The notes under the pieces were generated by a model. The model did no database searches, was not told where the DNA came from, and saw only the letters and a list, made by a program, of their open reading frames with translations. From contig JBGAIQ010000013.1 in assembly GCA_044225365.1 (NCBI GenBank), forward strand, positions 64,001 to 128,000: DNA of 64,000 nt, written 5' to 3'. The translations under genes were made by a program, and so were the position numbers. Source of the DNA: Planctomycetota bacterium. Lineage in GTDB: Bacteria > Planctomycetota > B15-G4 > JADJEK01. Shown in pieces: positions 57,665 through 64,000 of this stretch. The first letter of the stretch is position 1, and each line of letters begins with the position of its first letter.

Positions 57665-58537
57665 GTGGACACCCCGGGCCACTCGAGACGTCGATTCCTG
57701 GTCACGACGGCCGCCGTCCTAGGGAGCGCGTTCGTCGCACCGTCCGCGACGGCTTGGGGGCTGCTCGGGCACAGCCTCGTCGGCGCGATCGGCGATCTCG
57801 AGTCGAGCGAGAACACGCGGAAGTGGGTCCGCGAGCTGCTCGACGGCAAGAGCCTCGGCGACTCCGACATCGCGAATTGGGCCGACGTGATCAAGCTCGA
57901 CGAGACGAACACCAAGTCGTGGCACACGGTCGCGATCCCGCTCGGCGCGAAGAGGAGCGACGGCAAGCGCATCGAGAGCTACGCTCATCACGGCAACTGC
58001 GTCACGGTGAAGCTGCGCGAGATGCTCGCGATCGTGCAGGACGACGGCCGTGCGAAGGACGAGCGCGCCCGCGCGTTGAAGTTCGTCGTGCATTTCATGG
58101 GCGATCTGCATCAGCCATTGCATTGCGCGGAGCGTCTCACGACCGCGGGCAAGTACGACCACTTCGGTATGGACGTCTACGTGCGCTGGCCCGGTCGCAA
58201 CACGGCGCGCCCGCTGCATCGGGCATGGGACCGCGATGTGGTCGAGTTCGTCGTCGATTCGGTGAGCGGTCACGGCGCGAGCGCCGAGGCTTGCGCCAAG
58301 GCGCTCGTCGCGCAGGCGACGGCGGAGGACCGCAAAGCGGCGGCAGCGGGCTCGATCGACGATTGGGCCTGGGAGAGCCACGAGCTCGCCCGCACGATCG
58401 CCTACCCCGGCATCCCCATCACCGACCGAATCGTGCAGCTCGACCGCGAGTACAAGAAGCGCGCAATGGCCACCGTGAAGTCGCAGCTCCTTCGGGCGGG
58501 GCTGCGACTCGGGTACGCGCTGAACGCTCTCGGGTGA
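57665..58537 (+). CDS. S1/P1 nuclease with Tat signal peptide
   Basis: SRRRFL Tat motif; mature N-terminus WGLLGH; WAD, HFMGDLHQPLH, LHRAWD, AGLRL. Confidence 0.9.
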   Translation: MDTPGHSRRRFLVTTAAVLGSAFVAPSATAWGLLGHSLVGAIGDLESSENTRKWVRELLDGKSLGDSDIANWADVIKLDETNTKSWHTVAIPLGAKRSDGKRIESYAHHGNCVTVKLREMLAIVQDDGRAKDERARALKFVVHFMGDLHQPLHCAERLTTAGKYDHFGMDVYVRWPGRNTARPLHRAWDRDVVEFVVDSVSGHGASAEACAKALVAQATAEDRKAAAAGSIDDWAWESHELARTIAYPGIPITDRIVQLDREYKKRAMATVKSQLLRAGLRLGYALNALG

Positions 58538-58543
58538 TTCTCC

Positions 58544-58718
58544 GGACCGCCACGCTCCAGCGTGGCATCCAGACGCCATGCATGCGGACGGTCGGACCGC
58601 CACGCTCCAGCGTGGCATCCGATGGATGCCGGGCAGAGCCCGGCGGTCCGGGGAATTCACAAGGACCGCCACGCTCCAGCGTGGCATCCCATTGCTGCCG
58701 GGCGGAGCCCGGCGGTCC
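58544..58718. repeat. Cluster of five GGACC-type REP-like palindromes
   Basis: GGACCGCCACGCTCCAGCGTGGCATCC x3 (+) and GCCGGGC(A/G)GAGCCCGGCGGTCC x2 (-) between convergent genes. Confidence 0.85.
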
Positions 58719-58721
58719 AGC

Positions 58722-61700
58722 TCAGCGTCCCCGTAGGAACGTCGCCTTTTCCGTGAGCGGGGCGGTCGACAGCGAGATGGGGCGATGGAGGCCGCCGGCG
58801 CCGTACCAGTCGTAGACCCGGATCTCGAGGCGGTGCCGCGTGCCCGTGAGCGCGTCGGTGAGGCGATGGCTCGCCTTCTGATCGAAGGCCGTCTTCTTGT
58901 TCGGGATGTCGCCGCCCTGGCCCGCGAGCGCGCCGTCGAACTCCACCCAGTACGCGTCGTCGGCGCCGTCGATGTTCATGAAGAGCGGTTTGCCGACCCA
59001 ATCCGCGGGGAGATCGAGGTCGATCGCGTAGCGCGCGTAGCCGTCGAGCGTGGGATAGCCTTCGCCCTCCCACGCATGTCCGATGTGGATGGGGTTCCAA
59101 TCCCCGGGCTTCTCGCCCTCCGGCTCGATGCGGAACTGCCATTCCTTCGGCGTCAGGTCGAACGTGCTCGCGACGAGCTTGTCGCGCATCGCGGCGACGA
59201 GATCCGGGGGCAACTCGTGTTCGGGCGCGCGCTCGCGCAGCAGATCGCGAATCCTACTTCGCAGGTACTCGCCGGCCGCGTTGCCGGTGAGAGGTAACGA
59301 GCACACCGCGAGTCGACCCTTCCCGACCCGCGTCGTGAAGAGCATCGAGAAGTCGGTCGTCACGCCGGTGTCGTGTGAAGCGACGAACGAGACGATGGGA
59401 TCGATGGAGTCGAAGATCTCGTGAATCGGAATGAGTCCGGTGGGATGGAGGTCCTTCACGCAGAGGTCGACGAAGAACTCTCGTGTCATCTCGCCGACGA
59501 AGGGATCGTTCCCCATCCAGATCGTGCCGGTCAGCGTCCACTTCTTCTCGGCGACGAAGGAGCCCGGCCGCTCGGAGGTCGTGAGGAGGACGTGCGCGCC
59601 CTGCTCGAGCGAATCGAGGATCTTCGTGGAAAGAGCGTCGGCTACGATGAACGACGCATCGCCGTGATCGCTCGCCGTCGTGTGGAAGTCGCTGCCCGTC
59701 GATTCGAATCGCGGCGGCACGACGTAGAACGCCCAATGGTTGCTGCGTTCGTCTTGGCCCTTGCCGAGCGTGACTTCGAGCGTCACGGCGAACGGAGCGA
59801 CGACATCGGGCGGGTCGATGTCGATGGTGCCCACCGTGACGACGCTCCCCGGCGCGATCTCTTGGTGCTCGATCTCGCCCGCCGCTTCTTCGCCGAACGA
59901 CCAGCGAATCGTGCCTGCAGGAAGGGGCACCTTGCCGTGATGCGCGACGAGGAGCGGCAATGAGACGGCGTCGTGCGACGCGAGCGAGCGTGGAGTCCCA
60001 GGTTGGAGCAACAGCATCGTGTCGCCCTGGAAATCCCATTCGTCCGCGCGCCACTTCCAGCGATCGAACGCATCGCACAGGCCCATCGAGGCGAGTCGGA
60101 AGTCGCGGACGACGGAGACGACGTACCCGCCATCCGGCTGGAGCGCGCGGAACGCCTCGATCTGATCCTTGCGTTCGTTCAGGCAGTAGCGCAGCGAATC
60201 GATCGCGAGGCGAGGCACGAGTGACGCGCCGAAGCGCGCGGCGAAACGATCCTCCCACGCATCGAGCGCCGCGAGCGCCGTGGGACGGAATCGATCCTCG
60301 GCGTCGCGCACCGTCGGGCGATCGAGCCAGGTATCGGCCGCGATCGCTTCGCCCAGCAGCAGCGGCATCGGCTTTCGCGCCGAGGAGTCGGTGATGAATT
60401 GCTCGAAGCGCGCGAGCGTCCCCGGCCATTGATCGTTGTTGCCATAGGGATGATCGTCGTAGAAGTCGTGCACACGATTCCACTCGATCCACGACGAGTC
60501 GTCTTCGATGAATGCGTTCGGGATCTCCGCGTGCGCCTTGTCGTAGAGCGACTGCATGACCTCGAGCGGCGCGGAAGGACCCGTCTCGCACGTCAGACTG
60601 CGCACGATCACGGACGGATGCGAACGGTCGTGATGGAAGAACTCCTCGAACTCCGTGAACAGCTTCTCGCGCGTCGCTTCGGCGAACGACGGATGCCACG
60701 TCGGATACTCGATCCACGCGAGCATGCCGAGGCGATCCATCGCGTCGAGCAGTCGCTGCGGCGGGATCCACAGACAGAACTTGATGAGATTGAAGCCGCG
60801 AGCCTGCGCCTCACGGATCTCGCGCTCGAATTCCTCCACGCCGCGATTCGGCGCGCGCAACGGCGGGTAGTAGCCCCATTCGAGGATGCCGCGAACATTC
60901 AGCGGATGGCCGTTGAAGAGGATGCGACGGCCGTCGGCGCGCAGTGTGCGAAAGCCCACGTTGCGCTCGATGCGATCGATGACGCCGCCCTTGCGATCGA
61001 GGAGGCTCACCGAAACCGGGTACAGCACGGGAGCGAGCGGCTCCCACGCCTCGATCGATCCCGCCTCCGCTTCGTTCGAGAGGTCGATCTCGCTTCGCTC
61101 GGACGTGATCTTCCGCACGATGGGGACGCCGTGGAGCGCGATCGCGACTTCGATGTTCGGGCTCTTCGCGCCGCCGACGAGCGGAGCTTCGACGATCAGC
61201 TTCTTGCGTTCGAAGTCGCCGAACACGAGGACGCGCGCGTCGTCGAGCGACGGATTCGCCGTCGCGACGAGTCGAACCGACTGCCAGATGCCGCCGAAGT
61301 GCGGCTGCACGATCGGCAGGAAACCCTGCGTGTCGTGACCGACCTTCTCGTCGACCATCACCTGCAGTTGGTTGGCGCCGGGCTTCAGTACGTGAGTGAC
61401 GTCGCAGCGAAAAGGCGTCCAGCCTCCGAGGTGCTCGCCGATGAGTTGCCCGTTGAGGAAGACATGCGCCTCAGTCGCGACGGCGTCGAAGGCGAGATCG
61501 ATGCGTTCGCCCTTCAGGTCGGTCGGCGCGATGAAATCGAGGCGATAGGTGGCGATGCCGTCGAAGCCGTCGCCCAGCGCGCTCTCGAACGCCTCGGGAA
61601 CGACGATGTCCTTCCAGACCGTTTCCGCGCGCGATGGATCACCGGTCGTGATCCGCCAGACTCCGTCGAGGAGCCTCTCGTCATGCGGAGGAGATACGAG

Positions 61701-61730
61701 TGCGAGGAGGAGCGCAATGGATGAGAGCAT
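58722..61730 (-). CDS. Secreted glycoside hydrolase family 2 protein with C-terminal galactose-binding-like domain
   Basis: FDAVATEAHVFLNG...HLGGWTPF, GGIWQSV, VGFR, RSHPSVIV; C-terminal GADDAYWVEFDG...GAGGLHRP. Confidence 0.85.
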   Translation of the reverse strand: MLSSIALLLALVSPPHDERLLDGVWRITTGDPSRAETVWKDIVVPEAFESALGDGFDGIATYRLDFIAPTDLKGERIDLAFDAVATEAHVFLNGQLIGEHLGGWTPFRCDVTHVLKPGANQLQVMVDEKVGHDTQGFLPIVQPHFGGIWQSVRLVATANPSLDDARVLVFGDFERKKLIVEAPLVGGAKSPNIEVAIALHGVPIVRKITSERSEIDLSNEAEAGSIEAWEPLAPVLYPVSVSLLDRKGGVIDRIERNVGFRTLRADGRRILFNGHPLNVRGILEWGYYPPLRAPNRGVEEFEREIREAQARGFNLIKFCLWIPPQRLLDAMDRLGMLAWIEYPTWHPSFAEATREKLFTEFEEFFHHDRSHPSVIVRSLTCETGPSAPLEVMQSLYDKAHAEIPNAFIEDDSSWIEWNRVHDFYDDHPYGNNDQWPGTLARFEQFITDSSARKPMPLLLGEAIAADTWLDRPTVRDAEDRFRPTALAALDAWEDRFAARFGASLVPRLAIDSLRYCLNERKDQIEAFRALQPDGGYVVSVVRDFRLASMGLCDAFDRWKWRADEWDFQGDTMLLLQPGTPRSLASHDAVSLPLLVAHHGKVPLPAGTIRWSFGEEAAGEIEHQEIAPGSVVTVGTIDIDPPDVVAPFAVTLEVTLGKGQDERSNHWAFYVVPPRFESTGSDFHTTASDHGDASFIVADALSTKILDSLEQGAHVLLTTSERPGSFVAEKKWTLTGTIWMGNDPFVGEMTREFFVDLCVKDLHPTGLIPIHEIFDSIDPIVSFVASHDTGVTTDFSMLFTTRVGKGRLAVCSLPLTGNAAGEYLRSRIRDLLRERAPEHELPPDLVAAMRDKLVASTFDLTPKEWQFRIEPEGEKPGDWNPIHIGHAWEGEGYPTLDGYARYAIDLDLPADWVGKPLFMNIDGADDAYWVEFDGALAGQGGDIPNKKTAFDQKASHRLTDALTGTRHRLEIRVYDWYGAGGLHRPISLSTAPLTEKATFLRGR

Positions 61731-61840
61731 CCCTAGAGCCTATCGCTCGCTCCGCCTCGCGGGCAGGCGTTGCATGCGCTGCCGTCTCGAAGCGATATAC
61801 TCGCGACCCCCGCCAAGAACCGCCCAGCACGACGGCCCGC

Positions 61841-63619
61841 ATGCTCGAACTCGTCCTCTCCGCGATCCTCTTCTTGCAGCAGCCCACGCCCACAAAGGCC
61901 GAGGACGCGCAACTCCAATTGATCTTGCGCGACGCGCGATCGTCGCAGCAGGCAGTGCGGTCGGCGGCCTACGACGGACTCCTGAAGCGCGGCGAGGAAG
62001 GCAAGAAGCTGCTCGTCTCCCTGCTGCGCGAAGCGGAGGACAAGGCGGCGAAGGACGTCGCGGCTCTGCCGCGCTCGAGCGAGGCTCAGGCGTTTCGTAG
62101 TTGGCAGAAGAAGGAGATCGCGGCGGCCCGCGAAGCGGCGCTCGCGATCATTCGCGACCCGAAGCTCTATCCGGACGACGCGCACGGTGCGGTGGGCCAG
62201 CCGCTCGTGAACGAGAAAGTTGCTCGGCTGCGCGAGTTGTGGCTGCACCCGACCTTCCAATTCACCCAGCGCGTGTCGAGCGCGAACGCCTGCCTCGATC
62301 GCGTCGCCGAGATCGACGAATGGCTCACGCGGATCGGCGAACTACCGAAACGCTTCGCGACGCGTGAAGCTGCGATGCTCTCTCTCGATCCGGAGCTCGA
62401 CGGTTTCTCGCTGATGTACGACAAGGCGAAGCAGAGAGATCTCGACGACATCGAAGAAGAGAACGCGACCGGACCCTCGGCGGCGACCGACGAAGAGCGC
62501 CGGTTCGCGAAGATCCTGAACGACTATCGCGTGATGCTCGGCCTCCAGCCCGTGCGACTCATCGATCCGCTCGTGATCGCGGCACGCAAACACAGTCAGG
62601 AGATGCAGGATCTCGATTACTTCGCCCACGAGTCGCCCGTGACCGAGAACCGAACGCCTTCCGACCGCGCGCGGCGAGAGGGCCACACCGGACCCGTCCT
62701 CGAGAACTGTGCGGTCTCCGACGACGCCATGGACGCCTTCCGCGGGTGGTACACGAGCTCAGGACATCATCGCGGCCTGATCTCCGAGAGTGCGCAAGTG
62801 CTCGGAATCGGTCAGTCGATCGCAAAGGACGGGTCGGGCGGCCGCGACTGGACGATGATGGCGGGGCCGGGAAATGCGCCGAAGGCGAAGAACGCGAAGC
62901 CGAGTCCGCGCGAACTACTCGCATCGCGCAAGAAGAAGCTGAAACCGAAGGACGTCGACACGCGATTCGCGCTCGCCAAGTTCTGCCAGAAGAACGGCCT
63001 CGCGGACGATGCGAAGGTGCTGCTCGAAGAGATCGTCTCGATCGACCCCGACAACAAGACGGCGCACGCGATGCTCGGCCACATGAACGTCGGCGGCAAG
63101 TGGATGTCCGCCGAAGAGCGCCTCGAGGTCGAACTCGCGTCGCGACCCAAGGACGAAGTGATCGCGTCGGCGGGAAGTCTCCTGAACGACGACGATTCGT
63201 TCTCGCGCGTCGCGGCGCTGAAGGTGCTCGCGCGGACGAACGATCCGCGCGCGATCGTCGTCGTCGCCAAGGCGTTGAAGGACAAGGCGTCGGAGGTACG
63301 ACTCGCAGCGTGCAACGCGCTCGGTGCACTCACGGCCAAGGATCAGATTCCCGCGCTGAAGCTCCTCCTCGCCGACGCGAGCTTCTACGTGGCGCACGCC
63401 GCCGCCGTCGTGCTCTTCAATCTCGGAGATCACTCCGGAGTCGCGACCCTCTTCGCATCGCTCCGCAGTCCCGATCTCAATCACCGCATCGACGCGCACA
63501 AGCAAGCGCGCGCGTTGTTCGGACAGGACTTCGGTTATGCTTGGGACCTCCCCGAGACCGAGCGCGCGAAGGTCGTCGACCAGTGGGAGAATTGGGTGAA
63601 GGAACAGTTCGCGCACTGA
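61841..63619 (+). CDS. CAP (SCP) domain plus HEAT-repeat protein
   Basis: NDYRVMLGL...AARKHSQEM...YFAHESP...EN...WYTSSGHHRGL; C-terminal HEAT repeats. Confidence 0.85.
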   Translation: MLELVLSAILFLQQPTPTKAEDAQLQLILRDARSSQQAVRSAAYDGLLKRGEEGKKLLVSLLREAEDKAAKDVAALPRSSEAQAFRSWQKKEIAAAREAALAIIRDPKLYPDDAHGAVGQPLVNEKVARLRELWLHPTFQFTQRVSSANACLDRVAEIDEWLTRIGELPKRFATREAAMLSLDPELDGFSLMYDKAKQRDLDDIEEENATGPSAATDEERRFAKILNDYRVMLGLQPVRLIDPLVIAARKHSQEMQDLDYFAHESPVTENRTPSDRARREGHTGPVLENCAVSDDAMDAFRGWYTSSGHHRGLISESAQVLGIGQSIAKDGSGGRDWTMMAGPGNAPKAKNAKPSPRELLASRKKKLKPKDVDTRFALAKFCQKNGLADDAKVLLEEIVSIDPDNKTAHAMLGHMNVGGKWMSAEERLEVELASRPKDEVIASAGSLLNDDDSFSRVAALKVLARTNDPRAIVVVAKALKDKASEVRLAACNALGALTAKDQIPALKLLLADASFYVAHAAAVVLFNLGDHSGVATLFASLRSPDLNHRIDAHKQARALFGQDFGYAWDLPETERAKVVDQWENWVKEQFAH

Positions 63620-63644
63620 GACAGCAACCGAGCGGTATGGAGTC

Positions 63645-64000
63645 ATGGCGGAACGGAAGATCGAGATCGACCCCGACGTTCGGAAAGCGAGGACGCCTCC
63701 GCGCGAGCTCTACTTCGATCCACATTGGTTCGAGGTGCAGCGCGAGCGAGTCTTCCTGCGCTCCTGGCTCTTCGCGTCTCACGCACAGGGCCTCGAGGGG
63801 CCGGGCCGCGTCCGTCCGTTCACGCTGCTGAAGGGTTGCCTCGACGAGCCGCTGCTGCTCGCTCGCGATACGCACGGCACATTGCGCTGTCTCTCGAACG
63901 TCTGCACGCATCGGGGCAACATGATCGTCGAAGGCGAGTGGGAACTCGCGAACCTTCGCTGTCGATATCACGGCCGGCGATTCCATCTCGACGGGACATT
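63645..64000 (+). CDS. Rieske ring-hydroxylating oxygenase alpha subunit (choline monooxygenase-like); 3' partial
   Basis: Manual translation gives MAERKIEIDP...ERVFLRSW...NVCTHRG...CRYHGRRFHLDG (Rieske CxH...CxxH). Confidence 0.9.
   Translation, partial: MAERKIEIDPDVRKARTPPRELYFDPHWFEVQRERVFLRSWLFASHAQGLEGPGRVRPFTLLKGCLDEPLLLARDTHGTLRCLSNVCTHRGNMIVEGEWELANLRCRYHGRRFHLDGT

Noticed and set aside
53656-58537. SNF2 + SWIM + nuclease as a novel anti-phage system
   Set aside because: SNF2-SWIM is a widespread known pair, and the nuclease has a Tat signal so it acts in a different compartment. No defence-island context is present.
58544-58718. 27-bp palindromic repeats as a mini-CRISPR
   Set aside because: Spacing is irregular, the intervening DNA contains inverted related units, and the same units recur at 29.1 kb. 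This fits REP/BIME-like elements.

Overview
High-GC bacterial chromosome segment, probably from Planctomycetota. That placement is inferred from the ECF sigma/Ser-Thr kinase-WD40 module, the ASPIC/UnbV-TPR pair, DxDxDG-containing pilin-like proteins, the carboxypeptidase-regulatory repeat protein and the many secreted FG-GAP proteins. About 45 CDS are supported. Housekeeping genes are kgd/sucA, zwf-opcA-pgl, rimO-pgsA-pgpA, a glycogen debranching enzyme, a SNF2-SWIM pair, a GH2 and a partial Rieske oxygenase. Accessory content is an Rpn nuclease with an internal RpnS-type start and a scrambled 3' end, a minor-pilin cluster, an SPFH-RHH operon with a palindromic operator, two REP-like families and a 31-bp tandem repeat. 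The best novel-system candidate is at 17.3-26.8 kb. There an ECF sigma factor with a Ser/Thr-substituted DAED region is divergent from an 80-aa protein that is a stand-alone copy of the N-terminal domain of two tandem membrane Ser/Thr kinase-WD40 proteins, with a secreted FG-GAP protein between them. Also notable are a shared C-terminal domain on unrelated secreted propellers, two apparent pseudo-enzymes (PP2C-like and ApgM-like) and a probable CTG start codon. No rRNA, tRNA or CRISPR array was seen. All calls come from motif recognition by eye; no database searches were run.
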